Shown here in pieces: positions 12,817 through 26,029 of a DNA stretch of 64,000 nucleotides (within the stretch, counting starts at the first letter, position 1; every line of letters begins with the position of its first letter). The translations under genes were made by a program, and so were the position numbers. The notes below the pieces were generated by a model. It was not told where the DNA came from, made no database searches, and saw only the letters and a program-made list of their open reading frames with translations. Source of the stretch: Eledone cirrhosa (Eukaryota). The stretch spans positions 26,040,001-26,104,000 of the forward strand of contig OZ024743.1 of NCBI GenBank assembly GCA_964016885.1, read 5' to 3'.

Positions 12817-12944
12817 TTGCGAGGTTTTTTATATGAAATCGTGTGTCGAAACAAATATTGTTATACTTGGGGAGGGTCATATTTGTGTAATATTGCCAGA
12901 ATTAATAACAGAACACACTCACTGTTTGGTTGGTTTTCTCTCAA

Positions 12945-14734
12945 TGGTTATACGTCCCATAATCAAGATGTCCCCAGATGTATGTGACAGTACAGAGGAC
13001 GTCCTCAGCAGAATCAGTGAGTGCAACAAAAACAGGAACCTATCCAACTACATAATAGGCAGCATGGATGTGGTGTCACTGTACCCATCCATTAACATTG
13101 ATTTTGCTGTGAAAAGATGTGTGGAGATGATCATTGAGAGTGAGATGGAGTTCTGCGACGTCGACACAGACGAACTGGGCCTCCTACTTAGACTTACCTA
13201 CGACACTGACTACCTAGACAACCATGACCTTAGACGTTTCTGCCCTAGTAGACCTATAAGAGGTAGACCCCCCACCATAACCTCAATGGCTAAAAAGACT
13301 CCCATGGGAAGGTGGATAGGGTGGACCAAAGCTATATGGACCCCCCAAAACAATGATCAGGTAAGAAAAATGGTCGCACATGCAATAGGGGCTAGTGTCA
13401 AAACTACCCTAAAGGGCCACATATTTAAGTTCAACGAGAAGATCTACACCCAAAATGAGGAAGCAGCCATCGGTGTCAGCATAGCTGGTGATGTTGCCAA
13501 CCTTTTCATGGTATGGTGGGAAAGGAGACTTAAAGATCTCCTTAATGAGAGCTCCATAGACCTCATCATGTACTCTCGTTATGTAGACGATATCAATATA
13601 GTTATAAGAACACCCCCACTAGAGAGCACTAACAAGTTTGATTTAGAACGTAGCACGATGGAAAGCATCCAGCAGATAGCTAATTCCATACATCAGAGTA
13701 TAACTGTAACTATCGACTTCCCTTCCAAACACCCTAACAATAGACTACCTGTATTAGACGCGGAACTCTGGATTAACACTATAGACGAGAGAGCCCAAAT
13801 TCTCCACTCACACTATGCTAAACCCATGGCCTCCAAATACCTGATACTCAAAAACTCAGCAATGTCCAGTAGTGCTAAGTTTAATATTCTGATCGCAGAT
13901 TTGGTACGAGTGATGAAGAATGTGTCCCGCATGTGCGACCCAACAGAAATGGAAAGACACATCCAACACTTCATCAACCGCATGCAGTTCTCTGGCTACA
14001 ACTAAAGAGACAGAGTCAGAGTATACGAAGGAGCCATGGAGAAGTATAAGACCCTCATAGAACTGGACATGAAAGGAATTTGCCCATTATACAGGAGCAA
14101 ATCATGGAATAGCTTAGATAGGGCTAGACATAAGATAGGGAAAGCCACCTCATGGTACGACAACCAGAGATACCAGAGTGTCATGTTTGTGGACGCTACC
14201 CCTGGAGGGAAATTAGCTAACCAGTGTAGAAAGGCCCTGAGAAAGACCCACTTAAAAATTAAGGTGGTAGAAAAGCCAGGAACCACCATAAAATCCCTGA
14301 TCAGCAAAACCTACCCTTTTAAGAAAACCCACTGTACCAATAGGAAATGTATCATATGTAAGGTAAACCCCCGGATAAAATGTAAAACTAGAAACGTAGT
14401 CTATAGCATAAGATGTACAGAGGGTACTTGCAGAAACATGACAACAACATACATAGGTGAGACAGCTCGTAGCATAGGTGAAAGGATAGACCAACACTGG
14501 GGGGAACTAAAAGGACGAAAAAACGGGTCAGTACTATACGAACATGCTAGACAACAACATGACGGTAACATAGACAACATAGAAATTAGAATAATATCTA
14601 AACATAGAAATGACCCAGCAGATAGGCAAATCAGAGAGGCCAGTGAAATAGAAATTAGAAGACCAAGACTAAACAGAAAGAATGAATGGAATAACAACAC
14701 CCAAACAAACAACACTGACCTAAGAGAAGTATAA
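12945..14734 (+). pseudogene. PLE reverse transcriptase + GIY-YIG endonuclease with one in-frame TAA at 14003-14005
   Basis: IIGSMDVVSLYPSI, finger insertion CPSRPIRGRPPTIT, YSRYVDD, LPVLD, CxxxxCxxC linker, NVVYSIRC..YIGETARSIGERIDQH. ORFs 12833 and 14036 are in the same frame (SGYN*RDRVRVYEGAMEKY). Confidence 0.9.
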
Positions 14735-14974
14735 ATAAGTAAATAAAATAAAATAAATAAATAAATAAATAAATACATACACAAGCACAATAACAACAAG
14801 CACATAAACACACACTAGTCACCCATCACACAGCAAACAAAACACTTTACACACACGCAAAGGCATGCGCAAAGAAGACAAAATAAAATAAACAAACAAG
14901 CAAATAAATAAATAAATATATAGACAGACTGAATAAAAATGGCGTAGACATACAATACAACAGGAGGAAAAGAT

Positions 14975-15035
14975 AGCACCACTGACGATGTTGCAGATGT
15001 GCAACGAAAGATTTATGATAAACTATATATATGTG
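14975..15035 (+). ncRNA. Hammerhead motif in the PLE 3' pLTR (weak stem I)
   Basis: CTGACGA(14982)-t-gttgca-gatg-tgcaac-GAAA(15006)-gatttatgataaac-TA. Confidence 0.6.
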
Positions 15036-15223
15036 TTTGTGTCTATATTGTATCTGTATTGTTTTTGACCGTCGGTCAGTCAATGGCAACAGTGAGGACC
15101 GAGTAAGTTAGATCGCAGATATAAAAGACACAGAAGCGAGAAGCGAAAACCAATCAAACAGTGAGTGTGTTCTGTTATTAATTCTGGCAATATTACACAA
15201 ATATGACCCTCCCCAAGTATAAC

Positions 15224-15256
<33 letters not shown>

Positions 15257-15320
15257 GGGTGGGGGGTTCAAGACCCCGACAGCAGAGGCTCAAGCCGTTT
15301 CAACGGTTATTTCTGGACTA

Positions 15321-15379
<59 letters not shown>

Positions 15380-15577
15380 GATAAATCTACCAAGAGTTTA
15401 CGGTAGTGTCAAATCCGTATGAAGAACTCAATGTAGTCCGGATATCATGGAAAGAAGAGATGCAATGAAAAATCACTTTCGGTGAAAGATAAACGGAATA
15501 CAGAGTCAAGATAAAATATTAAAAAAATAATGAATAAAACAATGAAACAGTTCCTTATATTAAACAAAAAAAGTTCA

Positions 15578-15729
15578 TTATTTAACGATCGTTTCTAGGA
15601 TATATATGTGTTAGAATTGGCATGCATATTCAACAGATCTATGTACAAAATTATACAAAATTATACAAAATTATACAAACTATCAAGATTAAATATACAT
15701 ACCAAACACACATATATGCCGTCTTCAGA

Positions 15730-15734
<5 letters not shown>
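15578..15734 (-). ncRNA. Type I hammerhead with a greatly extended stem II
   Basis: Reverse complement: ttattt-CTGAAGA-cggcatatatgtg...cacatatatatccta-GAAA-cgatcg-TT-aaataa. Confidence 0.6.
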
Positions 15735-15761
<27 letters not shown>

Positions 15762-15953
15762 CGGAGTTCATCTGAATTTACTCTCTACCTACACCTGACT
15801 TCTGTTTTTTATTGTTCAATCACACACACTATTATTATGATTATATATAGAGAGAGAAATAACAACACAACCAGGAACTGGACATATCGGAGTATTGATG
15901 GAGTAAAACACACTTAAACAACATGTGTACCTGTCTTTCCCACACCGATTCCG

Positions 15954-16008
15954 ACTGCCTGAAGACGTCACAGCCAATGATGGCTGTCACCGAAATATAT
16001 ATAGCAGT
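15954..16008 (+). ncRNA. Type I hammerhead ribozyme, same family as 2315-2370
   Basis: actgc-CTGAAGA-cgtc-acagcca-atga-tggctgt-cacc-GAAA-tatatatA-gcagt; stem II differs from the 2315 copy but still pairs. Confidence 0.8.
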
Positions 16009-16059
16009 ATATCTATAATTTATAATAAACGAAGCTAAACTTTACCTATTTGATTTAAT

Positions 16060-16097
<38 letters not shown>

Positions 16098-16099
<2 letters not shown>

Positions 16100-16341
16100 A
16101 ATTGAAGAGTTAAACAAAATACTCCATTCTTTGGACAAAACTTCGGAACTGTGGAGTTTACCACAACTCTAGTATATCAAATAACTGTGCACTCTGTAAA
16201 ATGGAGACCCTGTTGATTATTAATAACTACGAGACCCTAATTAACAAAAAAAGTGAATTATTCTCTAGTTGCCTCCATAAAGCTACGTCCACATTCTTAG
16301 CCTCCCACAAAACGAGAAAGAAAAGAGAGAGAAACACTTAA
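16098..16341 (+). pseudogene. Naiad-type GIY-YIG C-terminal fragment followed by a long AT-rich 3' region
   Basis: Frame 1 reads KYSILWTKLRNCGVYHNSSISNNCALCKMETLLIINNYETLINKKSELFSSCLHK, matching the C-terminus of the 3228 ORF. Confidence 0.7.
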
Positions 16342-17855
16342 CCATTAAAAACTTGGTTGTCAAACGTATAAAATCAACAGGGAAAACCTTTAGTGGCCTT
16401 TAATATTGCACTATCTTATAACTATCTATAGAAGAAATAACTCTCGAATGAAAGACACTTATTCAATAACATGCCGGAACATTGATACACATAACATTAT
16501 TCTGTTAACTTTGATCCATACCGTTATTTCTTTATTTCTCTATCCTTATCTTCCTACTTAAGTTTTAAATCTGAGTTTTGTATCCAACCCTTACATCATT
16601 ACTGAACTTATTTATAACTGTAAATTTTTCATGCTTTTCTGATCTCTTATTTATAATATGTATGTAATTATATTTTCTATGTTTTTAAATATACCTACCG
16701 CATTCTTATATCCATGATTCAAATATAGAGCAAATATCCAAATTACAAATTATTATAAACATTATTTTGAACTATGAATTATCCATGCATTTATTATTGT
16801 TTTTCTTTTATATATATATATAATTATGTATTTAACTTTAACACGTAGAACTTTATTATATAAAATTATAACCGTTATCATTTAGCTAAAGTATACTGTA
16901 TCACTAATACATAATATAAGATATATCCATATATAACTCCCAGTATCTTTCTATACATAATTTTCAGTTAACTTCTAAATTTTTTGATTGTTTTTACTTT
17001 GAGCTAGGAATAATTAACACGTGTACACACGGTTATATATGGGTATATATTTAGTTTTAACATGCCTCAATCTATTATTTTATTTTTACTTTATTTTCAT
17101 TATCATTTACCTAAAATATACTGGCTCATTAATTAATATATATCTATATACATAACCGTTATTTAAATTTTTCTAACAATAAGTACTCCAAAAGCTTTAC
17201 ATACCTAATACGTTGACAATGACTAACTTCATTAAAGATTACATTTAGGAAAATATTCAACAGTGTAAACTTTCCTTAATAATGGCCAGCTAAACCCTTT
17301 AAATCTTATCATTAAAAAATTCAGAAGCTTAGAAATGTTAACACACTTATAAAATTTACAAAACTAATATATAAATAACCACCAATTTTAAAAAAAAAAC
17401 TAAAATATTGATTCTTCACCCTAAGATAACATAAATTAAATATTTTCAAACTTAACCGTTTAACTTTCGGAAAAAAATATCCTTCTGCATACATTACCCC
17501 CCCCCCCTCATCTTTCCCCCACTCTCTTACTGCATAATTTACACAAGTTTAAACATTGTCAATTCATATGTCAAGTTTAGAAACAACTAAAGAAAGAATC
17601 AAGCCAAAATCGCCTAAAGTTCTCGTATACAGCCGTATCAGGGATTCCATAACATGATGTTTGTATCAATCACTAATTATCGACCTTGGTAGTAAATATC
17701 ATAAAGACCATGGAATACGATTCTTCAGTAAGTTAAGGTCTTGTACATATATATCTCACACCGCACATTAACTACTTATCTGCGGCTTGCTTTGCCAGGT
17801 ACTACTTGTTTCTCAACTTAATATGAAGAAGATTTTTTTGTAGATCGTTTAAATT

Positions 17856-17942
<87 letters not shown>

Positions 17943-18029
17943 TTATTATGTGTTTATTGGACATAGGAGATATATTTAGTAGTGTATATGAAAACACACA
18001 AAAGCCTCGCTATAGTGCTACCGCCAACA

Positions 18030-18130
<101 letters not shown>

Positions 18131-18573
18131 ATGAGTTTATATCACTTGTGTGAGTGTATGTGTGATTATGTGTTAATATGTGTATACTCATATATATATA
18201 TATAGGATAACAAGGTATCGCTTACGTAATGATCAGCGGCTTTTAGACTCACCTAATTAAAGAAAGAATTGTTAATACCGTAAATAACCATGTTATTCTT
18301 CATTCTTTTACTATATATATATATATATCATAAATTATGTCCATAGAATCATTTGATAAATATATACACTATTTCCTCTCCCAATTAGCATAATTAACCA
18401 CATAAAAAATCAATTAGACCAGGCTATAAGAATAAAGGCTCCTATGAAAAAATATTTGATAAATAAGCGACAGCAGCCTCTTCGCGGCCGACCGCAATAC
18501 AATATTTACCCAACATTTCAACAGCATGTAGAAATCGACTAAATATACCGTCAACCATACACAATTAGGTATA

Positions 18574-18641
<68 letters not shown>

Positions 18642-18651
18642 TCATATATAT

Positions 18652-18940
18652 ATCAAGATAAAGATCCGAAGGCATGGTATCAATTTCAATCATTTTAATC
18701 ACGACACATGTTTCAATAAGGGATAGATCGATCATGTGGTCATGAACAAAACTCTAGTGAGTGAACATCGTTAGTTTTTCCTCCCTCATATCAAAGATTT
18801 GAAGACATTTCATTATTCACCTGATGAGATTAGTGATAATCGATCATAACCACACGATCGATCTATCCCTTATTGAAACATGTGTCGTGATAAAAATAAT
18901 TGGAAATTTATACCATGCCTTCGGATCTTTATTTTGATAC
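18652..18940. mobile_element. Penelope-like fold-back with a hammerhead in the right arm (18813-18893)
   Basis: Arms 18652-18745 and 18845-18939. Hammerhead: attcac-CTGATGA-long stem II-GAAA-catgt-GTC-gtgat. Confidence 0.7.
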
Positions 18941-19107
18941 AAATACTCCGTTTTACATCATCTAGCTGTTCCCTTAAATGGAATTGGAGATATACAAAAG
19001 CGTGGAGAACTTAATATTGCTAACAAAAGTTTATTGGACCGTATGACACAACCAATAATACACCTTACTATATAACAACTATATATATATGTGTGTGTGT
19101 GTGTGTG

Positions 19108-19205
<98 letters not shown>

Positions 19206-20126
19206 TACCAAGATATCCTCTTGGTTGGTTATCTATGTTAATTGCGGATAGTTTATCCACAAAGAAGTTTGTAGTAAAAGAATTATTAAACTAAGAACTT
19301 GGTTTTTATCTAAAGTACTACAATTAGCCGTTATTTTGGTCAACTAGTATGAAATAAAAGCAAGCTGTAAAATCAGCCCGTCTGAGGAAATAACCCAGCG
19401 GTTGTCGATGGTCATTGTTCGCGAAAATCCTTTTTTCAAATATGCCCACGGGGCGCAGCCCAGCCACCCCCTCCTTTTTTTCCGTGGCCTCATTGTCATT
19501 GTGTTTTCCCTCCCTTTCCTCTCATTTATCGCATTTATAACCCTATCTCCTACTTTCCTATACAGTCAGATCTGCCCTTTCCCCCTCTGTTCGTTGCTTG
19601 GTTTTACTTTTATCCTTTTTTCTTTTTTTTTTTTTCTTTTTCTTTCATATTTCCATCAATATTTGTAATTTTATTTATACAACTGTTAATAAAATTACAG
19701 ACAATAATGTCTGTAATTTTATTTTATAAAATGGAATAAAAACCAATTTGATCGTTCACTGTAAACAAGTTTAACATATCCAAGGGAGACAACCAATAGT
19801 AATGAAAACAAATTAATTAGAGAGTTATGTCCCTGACAATGTAAAAAAAAACATTATTTAGAAATTGAAATATATTGTCCGTAACCATCCCTAGTACAGA
19901 TTGAATAATGAGAGTTTGTTATAATTGCCCCTTGTGATATTGAGTTGTGTGTAACGTACAGACACTGGTTGTTTATATTTTATCACTAGTATTGATACAA
20001 CTCTCGATTATAACTCTCGATTCATTTAAGTTTTAAGATTTAAGCCGGGCTTCTAGTTAGAAAGGTTCTAATCTCATGGGATGGTCCTCCGTCGTTTTTG
20101 ATAATCAGTGTTCTAGTTGTTTGATG

Positions 20127-20400
20127 AACGGAACAACCTGCTCATGAAATTAATCTGTAAATAACTGAACATTCCAAAGACGCGTGTATTTTTAATATAA
20201 TTCTCGGGAGACTCAACGAGACAAAGTGTATGTTAAGTCTGGCCCTTTGGATTATAGGTGCAGTCTATATGACAGGATTCTAGTTTCCATCAATCAAATA
20301 TTACTCACAAGACATGGGTCGACCTGAGGCTTTAGTAAATGACACTTTCCCAAGTTGTTCAGCAATGGAATCGAACCCAGGAACTACTGATAGCAAAGCG
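20127..20400 (-). mobile_element. Decayed SINE fragments of two other families
   Basis: Resemble octopod-type SINE bodies as I recall them; B-box-like ggaatcgaacc at 20366-20376. Confidence 0.4.
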
Positions 20401-21132
20401 AACGAAGTCCTAAAGAATTCAGCTATGCTGCATCCATGATTCTTAGACCAAGTGTAGACCAAGTAGACGTTCCTATTTTATCCTGTTCTTTCTTTACATT
20501 ATTTTGATAAAGGGTTTGACCCAAAACGCTAAAGTATTTCTCTTTCTATTCGGCGTAAATATTATGTAAGCATTATAAAATTATATGTGGGAAAAGTAAA
20601 CAAGATAAAATAAAAGTGTACCAATTTACTTCGATGTCCCAGCTGCAGATTCGCTGTGAAATGGCAGCTTTAAAAATTCTAATAATTTAGGATATTCTCC
20701 ACTGTGTGACTTCACATCTCTTCAGGGAACTCCTCAATCCAAGAAAAAAACTATTTCGAGATATCCGTTGTAAGGGAGGGTGAGAGATAAATAGATGTAC
20801 AGTATGTAGTATAGGGAGTGAAGGTGGGAGAAGAGTATAATATGTAATGAAAGGTGGCCGATTGATAGACAGAGTAGTATATGGGGTGAGGGTGGGAGAA
20901 AGATTATAATATTGTTAAGGGGAGTGAGAGATACATGTGAATACCAAAACACACCGGTATTATACAACACAGGTACCAAGGGAAATAATTAGGAGAATGT
21001 AAAAAATGAAGACTAGTAGTCTCCCTTGATGAGAACAAGTTTGTTTTTTCCAATTTTGGAAAATGTTTGTGTAATATTTACAATCAAAAGCATTATTTTA
21101 TTATGATAATATTACACACACACACACAAACG

Positions 21133-21227
<95 letters not shown>

Positions 21228-21264
21228 CACACACACACGTCTACATAATTATGGCTTTGTATGC

Positions 21265-21315
<51 letters not shown>

Positions 21316-21317
21316 AT

Positions 21318-21510
21318 AATAATTGTTTCTACTTTTGGCACAAGGCCAGCAATTAACCAGTACATTACTGGTACTTCATTTTATCGACCCCGTAAGGATG
21401 AAAGGCAAAGTTAACCTCGGCGGGATTTGAACTCAGATCATAAAGGGACGTAACTCTATGCTTCAAAGCATGTCGTCCGACCCTCTACCGATACTGCCAA
21501 TCTACCGCCC
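21318..21510 (-). mobile_element. tRNA-derived SINE, full length
   Basis: Same family as 6205-7000. Confidence 0.85.
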
Positions 21511-21622
21511 TGGATAATAATAATAAGGACGATTTGTTGCGTCGTGACGCGCGTTTCGCTATTGATCAGCTCAAGGCTCGATCTGTATCGATCTAGCCCG
21601 ACTCTGGAATCAAAAGCCTTCG

Positions 21623-21675
<53 letters not shown>

Positions 21676-21784
21676 AGTCGTAGATAGCAATAGATAGATA
21701 TGTATACGTACGTGTCTGAGTAGTTTCACTGTGTCTGAGTAGTCTCACTGTGTCTGAGTAGTCTCACTGTGTATGATTGAATGA

Positions 21785-21998
<214 letters not shown>

Positions 21999-22919
21999 AA
22001 TAGCAGCCAAATGCGTAAAGTTGGCACCGACACACGCCGGCCTTCTTCAATTGGCTGCTAACAATTAAAAGGCATTTTGAATTTGTGATTATACATGCTT
22101 ACTTATCTATTTGCCCAACTAGATTATATTTGAAGGTAGCTTTTGTGGTAGCTTTTGTGGTAGCTTTCGTTCGTAACCGACATTCGATGCAGCTTTTGTA
22201 TTCAGGAAAGATATTCCAACACAATCTCACAGATTGACACCTACTCTTCACCCAAATCGTGTTTTAAGTGTTCTATTTGTAGCAGTTTTTCATTTTTCAA
22301 ATAATATTTGATACGTGTCCCGGCCACTTCACTTTGCTGCCGATAAGGTTTTTATTGATGGTCGCCTGTTTTTTGTTCGCAACTGACATTTCATTTTTGT
22401 CCCTAATGGATCATAGATACCTGGTGTCTAATATCATAGAAATACAACTTTTGATAAGCTCAACAAATTAAATATTAGCCTCACCTTTTTCTATTTTTAC
22501 TAACAAAATGTACGTTGGCGACCATTCAATCGGAAAAGTTGTCTAATCAGTTTCTTTCAGACGCACAAAATATTAAAACTGTTTGGAAGTGAAACTCTTT
22601 CGAAAAATCCCTATAACCAGCGCAGCGACGCGTATGAACTGTAAGGATACGAACAAAAGCTACAACGAAAGTAACCTTCTTAAAAAAAGCAACCCGATTG
22701 GGAAATTTGAGAAATGACTGGGCAGTCTGTGTCCCGTTTCCAACTTTCGAACGCTACAATGAATACAGCCTTTTGAACACAATCTCGGCGGGCAGCGTAA
22801 GAAGCCATCTTTCGGGCAAAAGGTACTCGCTCGGTCACCACGAGCAAAAACTCAACAAACGAACAACAGGGCCGGCGCTAACCCGTTGGAAGTCATCTTT
22901 CGAGGGAAAAGGAGCTTGG

Positions 22920-23230
22920 TCGTCCACCCCAACCAATTCAGGTGAGATGGACCTACTGACCACCTTAGCAGCCAGCATCCAAAAGACATTGACCACCCTC
23001 TTTCTTCTTGAGAGCAGTCAGGCTGGCCGAAATAAGAGACCTCGGGCGTAAGGGGCACCATGGATTAACCTATTGCTGAATGCCACAATTGCACCTCGAA
23101 GGCGGCGTCCGGCTTCGGCTGATAGAGGAATTACAACACTTTAAGATGGCTAGGTCAGAGACTAGCAGTACCTCTGTTGCTGCTAACAAGGAAGGACTTA
23201 ATGACAGACAGGATATAATCGCCAGATGCC
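22920..23230 (-). pseudogene. CRE-type non-LTR retrotransposon, RT N-terminal fragment (decayed)
   Basis: Frameshifted translation: ILSVIKSF..GTASL*PSHLK..SAEAGRRLRGAIVAFSNRL..SASLTALKKKEGG..MLAAKVV, matching CRE RT domains 0-2. Confidence 0.65.
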
Positions 23231-23364
23231 ATATACAGCAGGTGAGGATCAGGTAGGGGTATGTGTCTAAGATCTGCGGGCGGTAATCTAGAGAGGAAAT
23301 ACAGTTACACATATACCAGTCGGACATATAGCAGTCTATATAGGCTGCAGTTTACAGCACGAAC

Positions 23365-23527
23365 CTTACGCCATGCTTTGCAGCATTGAGTTGCGGCTCT
23401 TTACGGTTTGAGTTCAAAACCCGCCGACGTTAACTTTGCCTTTCATCCTTACGGGGTCTATAAAATAAAGTACCAGTTATACACTGATATAATTGCTGGC
23501 CTTGTGCTAAAAGAAGGAACAATTATA
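23365..23527 (+). mobile_element. 5'-truncated tRNA-derived SINE
   Basis: Core ttcatccttacggggtc..aaaataaagtaccag present. Confidence 0.8.
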
Positions 23528-23625
23528 TAAAAATAACAAAACTTTAGCTGATATCAATGACCAAGTAGACGTCACGCACACACACACACTCACACACACA
23601 CAGACACACACGCGCGCGTGCGGGC

Positions 23626-23682
<57 letters not shown>

Positions 23683-23995
23683 AAATGTTCTTTTAAAAGA
23701 GAAAAGGAAAGTTTCATGATGAAATAAAACATAATTTGTTAAATGGATGAGTATGGATTGATTTTTTTTTAAAATCATACTAAAGAAATATAAATAAAAA
23801 CATGCGATTGACAGAAAATAATCGATTGTTTATATATTAATAAGGCAGGTGTAAAGAGAAGATGGTGTTTTTCTGTAAATTTACCAATATATATTTATAT
23901 TTATTGGTAAATTTACAGAAAAAAACCATCCCACGTTCTTTGTATACATGCCTTATTAGTATATATATAATCGATTATTTTTTGTCGATTCCATG

Positions 23996-24060
<65 letters not shown>

Positions 24061-24298
24061 TTTATATATATTTATATATATATACACACATATATAAATA
24101 TATATTTATATATATATACATATATAAATATATATATATATATACATATAGAGAATGTCAGAAATATATTTGTTAAAATTGTGACAAGATAATTTATTTT
24201 TAAAATCATGAAATAATAGAAAATCATTGATCACCTGGCAAGTAGATTTTAATTCTAAAACATTCATAATGTATTACGGGATTCAAAACTTAATAAGA

Positions 24299-24369
24299 TG
24301 CATCGGCCGGGAATCGAACCCGGGCCGCCCGCGTGGCAGGCGAGCATTCTACCACTGAACCACCGATGC
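24299..24369 (-). tRNA. tRNA-Gly(GCC)
   Basis: GCATCGGTGGTTCAGTGGTAGAATGCTCGCCTGCCACGCGGGCGGCCCGGGTTCGATTCCCGGCCGATGCA; 71-nt cloverleaf, A and B boxes, downstream TTTT. Confidence 0.97.
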
Positions 24370-24546
24370 TCACGGGAATGCGATTTTATTATATTCCTAT
24401 CTAGCGCTACAATTATATTTGCATTCAATGTGATATTGCAGAAAGACTCGGTTCTCATTCTGTCTACAACATATGTCTTGGCTAATTATTGTAACACGTC
24501 AGATACAGGGAATAATTCCCTGGAGACATATAGCATCTCACTATTA

Positions 24547-24604
<58 letters not shown>

Positions 24605-24682
24605 TGGATGGATCCAAATTGAAACTGGTTGGACCATTACTCATCAGAGTACTCGATACTTGGCGTAGTAAAATATGGTTAC

Positions 24683-24937
24683 ATTATAATGAGTCGGGAC
24701 TCGACAGCCGAGCTCTTACCATTTCAACAGCTACTTTCGGAGTCTGGAACGGCAAGAGCTCAGCCGTAGAGTCCCGACTCTTTATAATATATATATTTAT
24801 ATATATGCAAAAGGCATAGAGAAATAACAATGTAAACAACACAAAACAATGAGGAAATATATTATTACTTTTACGCTTGATATAGTAGAAAAAGAGTCTT
24901 AACGATTCGGACGCTAGTCCTTCATCAGAATACTCTT
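24683..24937 (-). mobile_element. PLE remnant present in every array unit: hairpin plus degenerate hammerhead
   Basis: Inverted repeat 24683-24789. Reverse complement of 24891-24937 is aagagtatt-CTGATGA-aggactagcgtcc-GAAt-cgttaag-actctt (GAAA mutated). Confidence 0.55.
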
Positions 24938-25389
24938 GAGGATAATGTATTAATTATATTTATATCTAACGTTTCAATTATATTTACATTCAATGTAATA
25001 CTGCATAGTGTCTTAGTTCTCAATTTGAATGACAGCAACTCGTCTCAGGGAATGACCCACACGAGGTGGGTGGAGCTGTTGCAACAGGCGTCGTTGGCCT
25101 GTGTCCGGGGTCTTGCATTTACCATTTTGCCCGTAGGACAGAGCCTAAACAGCAATCTAACTTAAGTGGACAATTTGGCAACCTCTACACTTCCCTCTTT
25201 CTTCCGTTTCTTAATAATCTTTGCTTATTCTCTCCCTTTCCCTTTCTAGAAAATATATCTGTTAAAATTGTAACAAGATAATCTATTTTTTAAAAATCAT
25301 AGAATAATAGAAAACCATTGATCACCTGGCAAGTAGATTTTAATTCTAAAACATTCATAATGTATTACGGGATTCAAAACTTAATAAGA

Positions 25390-25460
25390 TGCATCGGCCG
25401 GGAATCGAACCCGGGCCGCCCGCGTGGCAGGCGAGCATTCTACCACTGAACCACCGATGC
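25390..25460 (-). tRNA. tRNA-Gly(GCC)
   Basis: Identical to 24299. Confidence 0.97.
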
Positions 25461-25517
25461 TCACGGGGATGAGACATTAATTATATTCATATATAGCGTT
25501 ACAATTATATCTGTATT

Positions 25518-25704
25518 GGGCGGTGGATTGGCTGTATGGGTAGAGGGTCGGACGCCATGCTTTGACGCATAGAGTTACGGCCCTTGCCAATCTGAGTTCA
25601 AATCACGCCGAGGTTAACTTTGCCGCCTTTCATCGTTACGGTGTCGATAAAATAAAGTACCAGTAATGCACTGTGTAATTGCTGGCATTGTGCCAAAAGT
25701 AGAA
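25518..25704 (+). mobile_element. tRNA-derived SINE with ~17 bp TSD (copies at 30375, 35794, 41197, 46759, 51662)
   Basis: TSD acaattatat(c/t)tg(t/c)att at 25501-25517 and 25705-25721. Confidence 0.9.
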
Positions 25705-25906
25705 ACAATTATATTTGCATTCAATGTGATATTGTAGAGAGACTTAGTTCTCGTTCTCTCTACAACATATATCTCGTTAACTATTTATTATAACACGTCT
25801 GATACAGGCAATAATTCACTTGAAAGCTTATCGCATCTCCCTATTACACTATATGTGTGTGTGTGTGTGTGTGTGAGTATACATATGAATACATATATAT
25901 ATATAC

Positions 25907-25946
<40 letters not shown>

Positions 25947-25949
25947 ATA

Positions 25950-26029
<80 letters not shown>

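Larger units (their letters stand above)
12813..15223 (+). mobile_element. Penelope-like retroelement (probably Nematis-type), 5'-truncated, with inverted 5' pLTR and hammerhead-bearing 3' pLTR, inserted in (TA)n
   Basis: 12860-12940 is the reverse complement of 15146-15223; RT-GIY-YIG ORF lies between; (TA)n on both flanks. Confidence 0.9.

Noticed and set aside
12833-12944. N-terminus of the predicted 390-aa ORF
   Set aside because: It derives from the inverted pLTR; RT homology begins near 12945.
20490-20540. Hammerhead-like ttgataa-agggtttgaccc-aaaac
   Set aside because: Both conserved boxes are mutated; too degenerate to call.
22100-22900. Possible second decayed ORF1 on the - strand (MASYAARRDC...)
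   Set aside because: Multiple stops and no motif I could confirm.
24298-24819. Repeated [27 protein letters not shown]
   Set aside because: It is the antisense translation of tRNA-Gly running into (TA)n, and the frame varies with microsatellite length.
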